A stretch of 64,000 bases of DNA from Octopus sinensis (Eukaryota), in assembly GCF_006345805.1 (NCBI RefSeq), contig NC_042998.1:56420001-56484000 (forward strand), given 5' to 3'. The notes under the pieces were generated by a model. That model did not search any database, was not told the DNA's origin, and saw nothing but the letters and a program-made list of their open reading frames with translations. Positions 13,504-28,087 of the stretch are shown one piece after another; position 1 is the first letter of the stretch; each line of letters opens with the position of its first letter. Position numbers and translations under genes: made by a program.

Positions 13504-15880
13504 CGTCAAATCCATTATATTGTATTTATTTTATTTACTTCAGAAGTCGAACATAGAATCTGGTGAGATTTGAATTTAAATGTGGTTGGTGAAAATTAAA
13601 TGTACTGTAGTGTGTATATCGTCCGCTGTTCAACCTTACCTTCCAATCTAGAATGTCTTCGATGTTCATAATTTTGGGTTTCTTACTTTGTCATTAGGCC
13701 AGCACTTTTAAGGGATACAGTACGTGGTTGCAACTCTATTGTATCGGCCTCGGAATGATAAAAGATAGAGTTGATCCCGCCGGGATTTGAACTCAGAACA
13801 TAAAATGTTGGAAGAAATACTGCAATGCAGCTTTACCGACCCTCTGTCGGTTCTGCCAGCTCGTTCCATTTTCATAATTCATGAAATCCAACTTCGAGAA
13901 TTAGATGCAGTTGGAAAGAATGGCTAAGAAGTTCGCTTCGAAATCACAAATTCCTGGGTTTGATTCTATCACCACATGGCGGATGTTGTTCTCTCTAAGC
14001 CTCGAGTCAATTCATACTTCGTGAGTGTAATTGAGTAGAAGGAATCTGAAAGTACGTCAGATGGGTTGTACCCGCAAATCAAATATCTAGCTTCCGCTCA
14101 CACTGTGTCATGCTGATTACGACGGAACGTTAAGTTGCACCTGTGGAATACTCAACTAGTTCAACGATCCATTACTTCATTAGTTCTTTATTGTGGGGCT
14201 AATACGAATTTGAAATATTTAAAAATATTTCCGAATGGTTCCGAATTTTAAAATAGTTCCGAATTTTAAGATGGTTCCGAATTTTAGCACAAAGCTAGCA
14301 ATTTCGGTAGGTGGTAGTTAAGTCGATTACATGGACCCTAATGCTCAACTAGCATTTATTTTATCGAGCCCGAAAGGATGAAAGGCAAAAGTGACCCTCA
14401 GCGGAATTTGAACTCAGAACGTGTAGATGGACGAAATGCCGCTAAGCATTATGCCCGGTGCGGTAACGATTCTGACATTTTGCTGCTCTATATTTAAAAA
14501 TAATATTGGTTTTAAATTTTAGCACAAGACCAACAATTAGGTGGGGGGGGGTAAGTCGACTGTGTCGACTCCAATGCTCATCTGGTACTTATTTTATTGA
14601 CTCCGAAAGGATGAAAGATAAAGTTGACTTTGAAGGCGATTGAACTCAGAGCGCAGAGAATCAAAACAAATACCGTGGAGCATCCTATCCGACGCTGTAG
14701 CAACATTGGCGGAAATATATTCCGACACATTATGCAAGTCTTTTCCATGTAGCTTCATCCTTCAATTAAGTGGAAATACCACGTTATGGATTCTATACAT
14801 AGGAGCAGTAAATTCATGCATGCATGAATTTGCTTTATATGCAGGTGGCTAACAACTTATTAAGACTTAAAAGAACAGTTACTAATGTGGTCTTCATAAA
14901 ACATATTGTTATTGGAACAGTTGTTAGCCGTTTAGGGTAAACTGTGGGCGAAATGCTTTTCATCTGCTACAGCGCCAAGGGTGCTGACTGAAAGTAATAA
15001 AAGAATTTATTATTTAGTCGGGGGAAGGGAAATACAATATGCCGTGTAATGTAGGGGAGAGGAATAGAATGTATTACATAGTGGGAAAGCAGCGCCAATG
15101 ACATTTGCAGCTCTTACAGATCAAAACTCAGAATATAAATAAAATAATTTATGCCGACATTTTAACCAATTAAATTCTTTTTGCTCTCTCACTGTGATTT
15201 TTGTTCATTTTTTAAAATAAAAAGTTCAAACAATAAATATTTTCTGTGAAAAAGTTATTTTAAAAAAGAATTTGACTGAAGGAAGGAATTTTCTTTTCAT
15301 CGTGACTGAGGGCCTGTGGGATGCCTCAGACACAATCACCACTCCGTTTCACACACTGCGGTCTTGTTTTGCAGCCGTACATTCCGCCAGAGTCCTTTCC
15401 ATCCAGTCCTTGATGTCATCGCTGTCTTCTTTATTGTCACCTGCGAGCCAGCCTGCTTTCTGTCCATTCGTTTCCGAAGCATGTAAGCACAGAAGTCCAG
15501 AATCCTGATAACATGGCCAAAATGTTGCAGTTTTCGTCATGTGGCTATCATCACCGACTTTCTCTCAATTTCTATCTCTTCCAAACCTAAATCGTTCGTT
15601 CTACGGATTGCCCAACATCGCTCTGATCAGCATCGCTCACTTATAGCATATAATCTTGAACGGCCTTACTTCGTTTAGTGTTAGCTACCCTTAGGAGTCA
15701 GTGTTTCACATCCATACAATGTTATTAGCTAGACTAGGGTTTTAAAAGTTTCAGCTTTATGTTTTTGCTGAGGGTGAAGTATCACCAAGCTAAATAAACT
15801 ATTGTGTTAATAATAAATTCAGAATATAATTTTCGAACATTTCAACCAACCATCTTTTTCTCGGGTATTATGTCCACCAG

Positions 15881-16017
15881 ACTTACTTATCTAATGTGCC
15901 TGTTTCTAAGACAGTAAAGAGGAATTCAGGGTTGTTATTTGTAGCCGGTCGAGCGACTATTAAGGGACTCTGTCGTCGGCTTGGTGCAGTAACTGAGCAG
16001 CACAAAATATCAAATTT
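15881..16017 (+). CDS. Candidate second coding exon of the CNG channel gene (TYLSNVPV...QHKISN)
   Basis: CAG acceptor at 15880, 137 nt open in phase 0, and GTAAGG donor in phase 2. This joins TT+A in frame to the exon at 20124. Non-repetitive sequence; no homology support. Confidence 0.4.
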
Positions 16018-16244
16018 GTAAGGGGTGAATTCAAGAGATTGTTTAAAATTAGTCGCCCCATCTTCATGCATTATAATGTGACAAAGAATTAAGTAATTGC
16101 TAAATAGTCTTCAAGAATGTTTTGCTTAATCTTAATAATTTCTCTCAAAATCTTCCCTATTATTATTTATACCTCATCCAATATTTTGTATTTAAATGTT
16201 CGGTATTATATATTTTATGAGCATATATATTTTATAAGCATTGC

Positions 16245-16380
16245 TTACGAACCACATGGTTCCGGGTTCAGTCCCATTGCGTGGCACCTTGGGTAAGTGT
16301 CTTCTACTATAGCCTCGGGCCGACCAAAGCTTTGTGAGTGGATTTGGTAGACGGAAACTGAAAGGAGCCCATCCTATATG

Positions 16381-16460
<80 letters not shown>

Positions 16461-16680
16461 TTGCGTGCCTGTGTTTGTCCCCCAACATCGCTTGACAACC
16501 GATGCTGGTGTGTTTACGTCCCCGTAACTTAGCGGTTCGGCAAAAAAGAGACCGATAAAATATGTACTAGGCTTACAAAGAATAAGTCCTGGGGTCGATT
16601 TGATCGACTAAAAAAGGCAGTGCTCCACCATGGCCACAGTCACATGACTGAAACAAGTAAAAGAAAAAAAGAGAAAAGAG
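16245..16680 (+). mobile_element. Family B SINE
   Basis: ACCACATGGTTCCGGGTTCAGTCCC head region through GACTGAAACAAGTAAAAG tail. Confidence 0.8.
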
Positions 16681-18344
16681 AAAGAGATATATACTATTAT
16701 ACATGAACGATAAAATTTATGTCTTGGGCTAGACTTGAACTCAAAACATACGAGGCTAAATAACGTTTTCAGTTTTCTATATTAGACCAGAAATTTGAAG
16801 GGAGGAGGTAAGTCTATTACATTGACTCCAGTTGCGAAGGATAAAAAAAAGTCACGTCGACCTCGACGGAATTTGAACCAAGACCGAAAGAAGCAAGAGG
16901 AAATACCGCTAATAAATTTTCCCAATTGGCCTAACGGTTCTACCAACTCGCCGCCCTGCAGAAACTAAATAATGGTGGTGGTGTTAAGGTTAAGTATACT
17001 GAGGTTTTGCAAGTTTGGTGTCCTTAGTTTAGAGATAATTGTATTATATACTTTGAAAAATCTCTAATTTGCTCTAATCCATTTTCACAATTTTATCAGA
17101 AAAGGCGTCGTCTAAGTGCCCAAATTGATCCAATCGCAGATCCAAAACAAGCAGCTATATATGAAATGACAGAGAATTTTGAGCTGATAGATCTGTTCAC
17201 TCTCCAGTAAGTACTGATTTAGTCAATTATTTTCACAAAACTTTTGATGTTCCCTGTAGGTATTGTTTTTGTTTTTCAGGTCATAAAATAAATAAATTAT
17301 TTCTGGGGGCCCTTCAGATCATTGAGCAGTCAGAGCACCACTATAATGTTTCATCTTCATGAAGTGTATATATTCAGTTTAAGTAAAACTGATTGAGCCT
17401 GTCATATATATCATTAATTCTCAGTAGATTTTGAAAGCGAGTTACATACGGCTGACGTTGCAAGACAGATTTGAGATTTAAATATCAAGATCAACAAGAA
17501 AAGGAAGTAAAGTGTTGTGCTGTTCATTGCTTTCTCAGAAAAGAAAAACCAAGTGAATAACATATTTTACTGATAACTTAACTACCTGTTCATGTCCTCA
17601 TCGAGTGTTTCCCTCTGATTCCAGTCAAAGGCTTCGATTTTAAAACGTATAACTTCATTTATCTGCCAGAAGTAGGCATTTGGTTTCCTTGGAGATGAAA
17701 ATCTAGTATTCTGTCCGTGAAGTGATATGTAAGCTCTATAATCATCGCTTTAATAAGCCATTGTTAATATTACCGGACGAATACAAAAATCAATGTTGTG
17801 AGATTTGAACTAGACTCGTACCTTTCGACAAACTCGTGCCTTTATCAAGAAGCTTCAGATCACCTGGCGCATACATCTGTATTCTACGATACTAAAATCT
17901 AATTAACTGATTAGGAAGGAAAAAAGCAAAGTAAGACAACAATTATATATACACGGCCGTTGCGACAAGTGTCCTAAAATATGAATTAAGTCGACGTGAT
18001 GGGTAAATATGAAAACTCTTGCGTATAATGGTGGACTATTGCCTAATACTGTTAAGTCGAAACTCTGTGAAAGAGATTTGAATTCCTCCTAAATTGTGGT
18101 TGTTAATTGTATCATATTTCGTTAACAGAGTGGATGTTATTTGACTTAATTTCTTCAAATGTCTATATCAATAATTCAACCTTAACTTGTTAATATCATA
18201 AAGCGTAGTATCTAGAATAAGTCATCTTCAAGAGATACTTATTGGAGAATTTTAACTCAACGGCAAATTCATGAGTAAATAGTGTCTGAAAATCTCGATA
18301 AGAAGTTAATTAACGATAACAGGTCGTTGTCTCTATGTCGAGAT

Positions 18345-19300
18345 CAAATAACCTTGAGATATGAGGGAGGGCGTTGTCGTGCAGTAGAAGAACTCCATGC
18401 TGCCGATTATATCTTTTCTCTTGAATAGCCATGTTGAGTCGTTCCATCTGTTGAACATAGAGTTCCGAGTTGACCGTTTGGTTCCGTTCAAGCAATTCGT
18501 AATGGATAATTCCTTCCCAGTCCCACCATACGCACAACATCGTTTTACGCGGATGAAGATCTTGTTTCACACGCGGTGTCGCTTGTTTGCCAGGGCTAAG
18601 CCATTCCTTACGCAGCTTTATATTGATGTACGGGCACCATTTTACGTTGCAAGTAACGGTTCGGTAAAGAAATCGTTACTTGTGTCCATGAGTTGAGCAG
18701 TGACGAGCAAACAAACCAGCGGAGATTGTGGCTCGTTGATTTTTGTTGTTGTTACTAAAAGCCTGCAGAACCATGCTCCATACTTCTGAACCTTTCCCAT
18801 CGAGTGAAGATGCTTCTCTATAGCAGTGTGGGAGTATTACATTTTCTCTGCCAGTTCCATTGTCGTTTGACGAGAATTTTCGTGCAAAAGTTGGTTTAAT
18901 CGCTCTTCATCGAACTCAACTGGACGACCAGAACGAGGTGTGACTTTGAGGTCAAAATTTCCATTTTTGGACTTGGCATACCAATCACGAGCTGTTCTTT
19001 CAGCTATGGCATCATCTCCATACACAGTACAACTGTCGCGAGCAGCTTTTGCGGCCTTAGAACCTTGATTAAAAGCAAAAAGAAGGAGGTGTCGAAAATG
19101 CTCCTTTTTCTTAACTTGACATTCCATTTTAATGATATGAAAATAAACAAAAATTAACTAATATTAACTAGAACAAAAAAAAAATAGACTCCAAAATGAT
19201 TCAAAAATAGAATTCTCGAAAAAAATAGATTCCCAAATTTAAAAACGCAATAAATTCCAAAATTTAAACAAACCGCGGTAACTTAGTTGCCAACCCAATA
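18345..19300 (-). mobile_element. mariner (DD34D, Mos1/SETMAR-like) element, 3'-truncated, decayed
   Basis: 5' TIR TATTGGGTTGGCAACTAAG at 19282-19300. Translated motifs HFRHLLLFAFNQG, PRSGRP, HPRKTMLCVWWD and LLLHDNALPH. Homology ends after HDNA and there is no second TIR. Confidence 0.85.
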
Positions 19301-20123
19301 CATACAGATGAATGGTTTCTAAATTGAAGCTAACTATAATAGTAACAGCGTTTTATTTAAATGGAAGCTAAATATCTCAATGTAATAGTTGTTTATATTA
19401 ATTTGATGGTCCACGAGGTTTAGGCTGCAGATGTAGTTGTCGAAAAGTGACTAATTTCTTTTCTGTTACCGATGCTACTCTGCTGCAGACATTTCATTTT
19501 GTTAATGATCCTACCTAGCCTTGCAAATTAGTGACACAAGACAACACAATTATTGTGGGAGGTGTATAATCGATTAAAGTATGCTAGTGCATTGTAGGTA
19601 TCTAGCTTATATCGATTCCGGAACGATAAAACGGCAAAGTCAGTTCAGGCAGAATATGGATTCAGAACTTAGAGGAATGAAATCAAATATTGATTTCTTA
19701 CGCAAGTACAATGCCTTAAATTTGAGGAAAAGAACATTCGATTATATCAGCTCCAGTACTTGAGTGTTACTTCATTTTATCCATCCCGAAAGGGTGAAAG
19801 CAAGTCATTGAGTCTAGTGTTTTTTTCACTCGACCGCCTTTTTAAGTATTTGGTATTTCGTGTGTCTACAATGCTGAGATCACAATCTCCCACAGTCCTA
19901 GTGTGGACAACAGGAAACACCAAATACAACCTCCACAGAGGGATGAAATTTTTATAATATCGTAATGATCCGGTGGATCACGAAACATGGCCTATTTGTA
20001 GGTTAAATTGAATTTTAATCAACACTTGAAAATCTATAAATAATTGATATTTGTATTATATCTTAGGTAGACCTTAACCAGATTCGGTACTCAAGCTAAA
20101 TTTTGCTTTCTACATCGTTCCAG

Positions 20124-20335
20124 ATTTTGGAAAGAATTGGTGATTGACCACACATTGATTTTCTACCGAATTTGGTCAACTATCGTTTCAGTATTCTTTC
20201 TCTACAACTGTATATTTGTAGTGATCAGACAAACTTACTATAGGTTCCATATGGCTTACAGGACAACTTGGTTCAGCATGGATTATACGAGTGATGCGGT
20301 CTACTTGTTCGATATGTTTGTGTCATCGAGAATTG
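20124..20335 (+). CDS. CNGA: CNG channel exon (S1-S2)
   Basis: TTCCAG acceptor; FWKELVIDHTLIFYRIW..LYNCIFVVIR..W..MDYTSDAVYLFDMFVSSRI; GTAAAT donor in phase 1. Confidence 0.88.
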
Positions 20336-21241
20336 GTAAATAGTAGTTTTCTCATTCTTTAAATTTTGACATTTAAATTATTTTTGTTTGAACGCAGATC
20401 AGCTTTGATTAAGTAGGCCTATGATCAAGGAAATTTTAAACATAGTCATTCCGTCAATTTTCTATGCAGTCTTTATTAAATGTATCCTTTTCTAAGTCTG
20501 TAAGCCGTTGTTTTAAGAAAATTTGACTGCTACATCTAATTCAGTGCAATAGCAAGGTGCCAGCAGACGTGAAGCACATAAGGGAGAAATGTAACTAAAG
20601 ATTGTGCGATATGTATGTTTTTCTCTGTTACAATCGCAAAAATAAGAATTTAAAGAAGGATATGAATCCAGAAAATTTTGTGGGAAATGAAATGGTGGGT
20701 TCGTTAGTTATAGAGCGAAGTGGATTCAACATGGATTCAGAAATTTATCGAAGTTGTAACTCTCCAAGATTTAGTTTAATTGCAACTGATGATTAGACTA
20801 TAATTTGATCACTGAATAGATTTCCACATATTTAAAATCTAAGTGTGGCTACTGATACAAAGAACATAAAAATAAGGTTTAAAAATGGCAAGCGATTCTA
20901 AGTGTTTATAGGTGTTTCATATAAATTCCTCCTCTTTTTTCTACTTAGCACTTCATCATACGTTTGAAAAGAAGTTAAATTTATTCAAATTTAAAAAAAC
21001 AATAAGCAAAATTTGAAGAAGAATATAGCTACAAAATACCATAAAACACGACGATAAAAATTTTTGCCGTGTTAATTCAAATAACATAGTAAATGATGAA
21101 AATAAATGGATAAAAAATAACGAATTTATCTGATGTCCCAGTATGATTTGGATTCCTCTCAGCTGAGCGCCTAGAGACATTTCTTATTCTGGAACAGTGA
21201 AGCTTAATTTCTCTAATTCACTCAGTTCACTTGAAAAACAA

Positions 21242-21298
<57 letters not shown>

Positions 21299-21369
21299 TT
21301 CTCTCTCTCTCTATCTATCGCTATTTATCTCTCTTTCTCTGTCTGTCTATCTGTCTCTCTGTCTCTCTT

Positions 21370-21436
<67 letters not shown>

Positions 21437-21866
21437 GCGTTCATACGCACATACATACTTGCACAGAGATATGGATGTATAAAGACAACGGTTTGTGATC
21501 TCCTGTCGAGTGAACATCCACAATCAAGACAGCTTTATGAAAGGTTTAGAAAATTCAATCTAAAAAAACTATCAAAACTAATCTAAGCATTGTGAACTTC
21601 TAAAATATCATGCTAACCCTAACAACGGGTCATTGTCATTCCGATAGCGAACCAAACGAAGAACTTTTCTACACCAATAGAAATCATAACCATTAGTTCC
21701 TTGGGCCAATGTCTGCCACCATAGCCCCAGCCGACTTGTGACTTGTGAGTGAATTTAGAGGACGAAAACCGTGCAAAATCAAATCATTGAGTGTAGTGTT
21801 TTTTCACTCGACCACCTTTCGAATGTAGTCTAAGTATTTAGCATTTCGTGTGTCTGCAATGCTGAG

Positions 21867-22232
21867 AGGCGCAATGGCCCAGTGGTTAGGGCAGCGGACT
21901 CGCGGTTTCGATTCCCAGACCGGGCGTTGTGAGTGTTTATTGAGCGAAAACACCTAAAGCTCCACGAGGCTCCAGCAGGGATGGTGGTGATCCCTGCTGT
22001 ACTCTTTCACCACAACTTTCTCTCACTCTTACTTCCTGTTTCTGTTGTACCTGTATTTCAAAGGGCCGGCCTTGTCACTCTCTGTGTCACGCTGAATATC
22101 CCCGAGAACTACGTTAAGGGTACACGTGTCTGTGGAGTGCTCAGCCACTTACACGTTAATTTCACGAGCAGGCTATACCGTTGATCGGATCAACCGGAAC
22201 CCTCATCGTCGTAACCGACGGAGTGCTTCCAC
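21867..22232 (+). mobile_element. tRNA-derived SINE (family C) with 10-bp TSD
   Basis: Head GGCGCAATGGCCCAGTGGTTAGGGCAGCGGACTCGCGGTTTCGATTCCC; TSD CAATGCTGAG at 21857-21866 and 22233-22242. Confidence 0.85.
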
Positions 22233-22489
22233 CAATGCTGAGATTATAATCTTCCATGTGTGTATGTATGTGTGTATGCACGCACGTCTGCCTTTACTGC
22301 TTGATAATGGGTGGTTTAGCTCATGTCCCCGTAACATAGTATGACCGCAGCCCTATGACTAAACCCAGCAAAACGGATGAGAATGAAATAATCCACGCAC
22401 AGTCATAAAGACACAATCAACGACATTAACAGAAATATATCCAATAAATTCTACAACAAATAAATATTTAATCGTATTGTACATTATTA

Positions 22490-22827
22490 GGCGCATGGCT
22501 CAGTGGTTAAAGCGTCGAGCTTACGATCGTGAGGTTGTGAGCTCGAATCCCGGACCGGGCTGCGTGTTGTGCTCTTGAGCAAGGCACTTTATTTCACGTT
22601 GCTCCAGTTCACTCAGCTGTAGAAATGAGCTGCAACATCACAGGTGCCAAGCTGTATCGACCTTTGTCTTTCCCTTGGATAACACTGGTGGCGTGGAGAG
22701 GGGAGGCCGGTATGCATGGGCGACTGCTGGCCTTCCATAAACAACCTTGCCCGGACTTGTGTCTAGGAGGGTAACTTTCTAGTGCAATCCCATGGTCATT
22801 CATGACCGAAGGGGGTCTTTACCCCCT
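22490..22827 (+). mobile_element. tRNA-derived SINE (family D) with 10-bp TSD
   Basis: Head GGCGCATGGCTCAGTGGTT..GCTCGAATCCC; TSD TACATTATTA at 22480-22489 and 22828-22837. Confidence 0.85.
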
Positions 22828-23668
22828 TACATTATTACAAGGGTGCACTAAAGAAAGTGGGGCTAACATAAAGTGCAGTACATACAAAACAAAACAATAC
22901 GGATCAGAAAAAAAGATGACCATTAAAAAAACTAGTACAACATAGCTTTTAATAGGAACACTATCAATTGACTTTCATGTTACATACAAGGCAATAGTAA
23001 AATAGAATTTACTTTATAAAGTTCCGTGTCTAGGCAAGAATGCCTGTATATACAGTCTTGTTAAAGACGGTATATAACGTTTGTGGGGTAAAGTTAAACG
23101 TAACATAAGGTAGCAAGTATGAAGTGTCGTTAGAACGACGGACAGATTGCTTTGTAGTGAAATCCTGCTGAGGTAAAAGTTGCCTATCATCCTTCCGGAA
23201 TCGATAAATAAAGTGTACTTGGGTCGATTCTTCTTTTTCTCTCATTCTTTCTTACTGTCTATTTGTGCGTCTGTCTATCTTACTCTCTTCTGGAAGAAAT
23301 CAGAAAAGGATGGCTTCCTTCCACCAGACCTAACAAAATAGCCAAAATGCGTCCTATGTCTCGGCGGTGACCCTACGATTCCATCAAAGGATTGGGGGTT
23401 AGAGGCAAGGCAAACCTAACACATTATCAGGTTCACTTAAATTTAATTACAGGGGTAGTATAAAAAGAGAGAGAGACAGACAGAATCATACAAAATACCA
23501 GTCGCATCAAAACGATAAAGCCTATCATCTTTCCATAGAATACATACGAGTCAAGTACATATTGTCTTGCTTAAAATATTGTACCTTTATAAACATCTTC
23601 ATCTTACATTAATACTGAAAATCGAAACTTTATTTTTCTTCCTCTTTCAATCTGAAATTTTTTTCTAG

Positions 23669-24556
23669 GTTACATCGAAAATGGTTTAGTCATCTATGAT
23701 GTTAAAAAGCTGCTCCGGTATTACATAAATTCGAAATATTTCAGAATAGATGTAATCAGTGTTCTGCCAACAGATCTCCTTTATATTGTTTTTGGTACCA
23801 GTGCTACGATGGTTCGTCTCAACCGCTTGATGCGACTTTATCGTATGAGACAATTTTTTGATATTCTGGAAACACGTACTTCATTTCCAAATTTGATCCG
23901 CATTATTCACATTATCGTCTACGTCACACTTCTTATCCACTGGAATGCTTGCCTTTACTATGCTCTCAGCGCGTGGATTGGTCTCGGTAAAGATGCCTGG
24001 GTCTATCCAAATGAAGTGATAAACTTCGATGTATTACCAAAAGAACACCCGTATTTAACCATGCGACACCAATACCTCATGCCTTTGTGGTGGTCAATGC
24101 AAACATTAACCACGATCGGTGAGACACAGCCACCAGTGACAATTATTTCATACATCTATGTTATCATAGCTTTTATGTTCGGAGTGCTCATATTTGCTTC
24201 TATTTTCGGTAACGTGGGTGCCATGATCAACAATTCCAACTTAGTCAAAGATAACTTCCGCACACGTTTAGACGGTGTCAAACGCTACATGCAAACACGC
24301 CAGGTCGACTTCGAACTGCAGACACGAGTGTTGAAGTGGTTTGACTACACATGGGAAAAGCGCCAGATCATAGACGAAAATCTATATGTACAATGCCTTC
24401 CACTAAACCTTCAAACTGAGATCGCTATGCAAGTCCATTTGGAAACTTTGCGAAAAGTTCGAATATTTCAAGATTGTGAACCTGGCCTTCTTCATGAGCT
24501 GGTACTGAAACTTCGTCTTCAAGTGTTTAGCCCGGGAGATTTTGTTTGTCGTAAAG
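23669..24556 (+). CDS. CNGA: CNG channel exon (S3-S6, pore, C-linker, start of CNBD)
   Basis: TTCTAG acceptor; S4 VRLNRLMRLYRMRQFF, IHWNACLYY, pore TLTTIGETQPPV, FASIFGNVGAMI, LKLRLQVFSPGDFVCRK; GTAGGT donor. Confidence 0.95.
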
Positions 24557-24849
24557 GTAGGTCAAACGAATATTTCTTGTTGTTGTTGTTGTTGTCGTTA
24601 GGACTGTGAGTTGGCAGAATCGTTAGAACGTCGGAAAAAATATTCTGCGATATTTGCTCTGAGCAAATATAACACTGGGGTTCAATATCAGTGATTTACT
24701 ACTCCCCTCAAAATTGTTAACTTTGTACCAAAATTAAAAAGAATTATTATTACTTTAGTTGTGCATGAATGCTTTACATGTCTTTCATGATACCGGGTCA
24801 AAATCAGTTTCCTGAGATATCGAGGACCTTTCCTACAATATGCATAGAG

Positions 24850-26523
24850 CATAGTTCTGAATCAATGCAACCCTTGTAGTTACACCAATCTCAATAAGGG
24901 AAATGTTAAGTCTGTTAGTGGCAGTATCTAGGGCATCTATAACTGGGATTACTGTTATAGAAACTCTCCACAGTCATATTTCCTTTGCTAAATCCTGGTC
25001 TTTGACCGATACAGTCATGTCCGCAGATATAGCTACATCTATGATGATACACACTTTTTCCTCTTTGTTAAAAGCCATAATATCTGGTTGCTTAGTATGA
25101 ATTTTGCTATCAGTCTATACTCTAAAGTCCCATAAAATCTTGTATTGGTCGTTCTCTGTTACACTTTCTGGTTGATGTTCGTACCAGTTTCGTCTTACTT
25201 TAAATCCTCTTTGCCGTAATATGTCCCAGTGTAGCGTCTTGGCTAAACAATTATGTCTACGTTTATATTCCTTCTGCGCCAAAGGACTATAAGAACCTAT
25301 CGGGTGCGTCATGGATTCCTCTTTCTCATTACATACTCTGTACTTGGCACTTTTCGCGGATTTGTCTATTTTGGTCTTAATGGTATTCGTTACCAATGAC
25401 TGGCTTTGAGCAGCCATTGTGAATCTTGTTTCTTTCTTAATGTCTCCATTCTTCAACAATAATCAAAACTTCTCTGCTGCGACGGCCTGCGTTTGTCTGA
25501 GTCTGAGGTACTGGCCGTGTAGCTCTTTTCCTAAGATGTTTCTTTCTTGATCCTGCTGTCTTCTTTTCTTGTATTCCCTTGCAATCTTCGTAGCTTCTTT
25601 TTCCTTTCCTATGGCAGCTGAAATCAGTCTTTGTGGGTTGGTTCTCACATACTCTTGTAAGTCTCATTTTGCCATCTCTACACAGTCTCCTATTGAAGAT
25701 CTCTCCGCCACTCCTTCCACTGTCTCTGGGATGTAACGACCTGTACATGGATATTATTTTTCTGGTTTTACAATTTATGTATTTTAGTTTTTCCTTTACC
25801 CAGTTCAAAAAAAGCAGCAGAAAATCTTATTAGAGAGACTGCCCGTGTGTTTACCACAGAGATGCTTTTCCTGCCATTGAGTATTGAGCTTAAACACCTT
25901 GTTTACTCTCCTGAAATACTCGTTTCTCATCTTTTCTTTCATTTCTTGGTAGCGGATTCTATCTGTCCCCAATACGCCTAAGTGCTTGTAACTGTCACCC
26001 TCATTCATTGCCCGGATCAATGTCTTATTTGGAAGTTTAATCTTATTCTAAGATATTTTCCTTCTCATCACCAACAATTGTACATTTAACTATTCCAGAC
26101 CTTATGCCAATATCATCACTAACAACTCTAACGTTCCGTACCAGTGAATCTAAAGCTTTCTCACTTTCGGAAAATAATTCCAGGTCGTCTATAAACAGGA
26201 GGTGATTTATTCTCTCACCACTGCTAAATTTTTAACATGATTTTGCCTCTGATGTTAGTATAGTTCTCTATGTTAGCGTAGTTTTGTAGAAGCTAAACAA
26301 TATTCCTAGCTAAGCCAAACATATGGAAGCATTCTAGGATCCTTGAGTGTAGCACATCATCATATGCCTTTTGATAATCGACCCATGCTGTTGCTATGTT
26401 GTCCAGCTTTTGACTTCTTGGATGACTTGCTGATCTATAAAGAAAATAGGTCGCTTGCCTCTTTGGAGCTTTCTTCTGGTAACAGATCTTCCTCCTCAAG
26501 ATATATATGTATATATGTATGTG

Positions 26524-26568
<45 letters not shown>

Positions 26569-26580
26569 ATATATATATAT

Positions 26581-26620
<40 letters not shown>

Positions 26621-26695
26621 TGTATGTATATATATATATGTATGTATATATATATGTATGTATATATATATGTATGTATATATGTATGTATATAT

Positions 26696-26790
<95 letters not shown>

Positions 26791-27418
26791 ATAATTTGCA
26801 ATAACATCTGTCAACAACTTCTACATCAGTGGAAGGCAAGTTATAAAGTTATAGGTCGGCAGTTGCTTGCTAAATTTCCTTTCTTCTGGTCTTTCAATAT
26901 CAGAACCGTTATACATTTCGTCATCCATTCAGAAGTATCTCTTGTCTCAATACAATTATTTAGTTGTGTTCCCATTCTACCATGAAGCGCAGTGAAACGT
27001 TTTAGTCAAAATCACCGCATCAAATTTGGCCCAGGAGATTTCCAGTTTGGCATCCCTTTCAAGACATTTTAAAACTTTTCTTCTGTGATCTTTATCTTCC
27101 TCTGTTTTAGTAGACCTTTATCTCTTTTTGACCGTTCTGCATCAGCATTAGGTTTTTCTTCATAGCTCCAAATGTTTCTCAAGAATTCCTTTGTCTATTC
27201 CTTGCTAAGTAGTACATTTACTATAACAACTTCAATTTGATCCTTGTGAAATCTACTTTGATCTGTTTCGAGAAACTTATTTTCTCTAAACTGTACAATT
27301 CTGCTCGTATATCTCTTGATCTTGGCAGCGCTCGTTCCTATCCTTAATTTTTCCATTACTGCCCTATATCCTTTTTGTTTCAACCAGTACTTTCTTCGGA
27401 TTGCTTTACGGAATTTAG

Positions 27419-27478
<60 letters not shown>

Positions 27479-28040
27479 CGTTATTGTTGTCATCATCATC
27501 ATCATCATCATCATTATCATCATCATCATCATCATCATCGTCATCATCACTGAGTGAGTGAGATAGCAGTGCATGCCATCAAAGTAACACTGGGGTACGA
27601 AGCCCAGTATGCCCATCATGACTACCCGTCTGATAAGGATACACCATGCACATGCATTACAGCAATATGCACGAGTCAGAATTTTCTTCAGGTCGAGTAG
27701 CCCATCCCACTCAAATGGTCCCTGAATAAGGGTTTAAGGATGTTGAACGAAACACCCATGTTTCTAAAGCTGAATAATCCAAGCCCCAAAGAATTCCTCG
27801 CAACACATGGTTATGATGCTCCCCCGCTACTTCTGCTCGTGATCAAAGATGCAAATATCGTCAGCCACGAAGGAACATGCTTAACTGGTTATGGTCAAAC
27901 AACTGGTAAGCAAATCTGTCGTATTGAGCAGAATATTTTCTGTAGCCCATCTTTTATGGCAAGACAAAACAATGTACATGATAACACGGCCAATCAAGAT
28001 CAGACGCCACGAGACCCAGTACCTGATACTGCATCTATTA
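24850..28040 (-). mobile_element. R4/Dong-like non-LTR retrotransposon, decayed, antisense in the last CNG intron
   Basis: - strand motifs: [19 protein letters not shown] (RT), CR/C..H zinc-knuckle region plus RHN, ILWDF, QPDI (restriction-like endonuclease). Interrupted by (TA)n at 26502-26795. The 27548-28040 segment is its putative 5' region and abuts (TTA)n. Confidence 0.8.
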
Positions 28041-28052
28041 TTATTATTATTA

Positions 28053-28087
<35 letters not shown>

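Noticed and set aside
21867-22570. tRNA genes at SINE heads (also 45790-45865 and 49915-49990)
   Set aside because: The tRNA-like A/B boxes run into SINE bodies, with TSDs at the 21867 and 22490 copies, and lack a complete cloverleaf acceptor stem.
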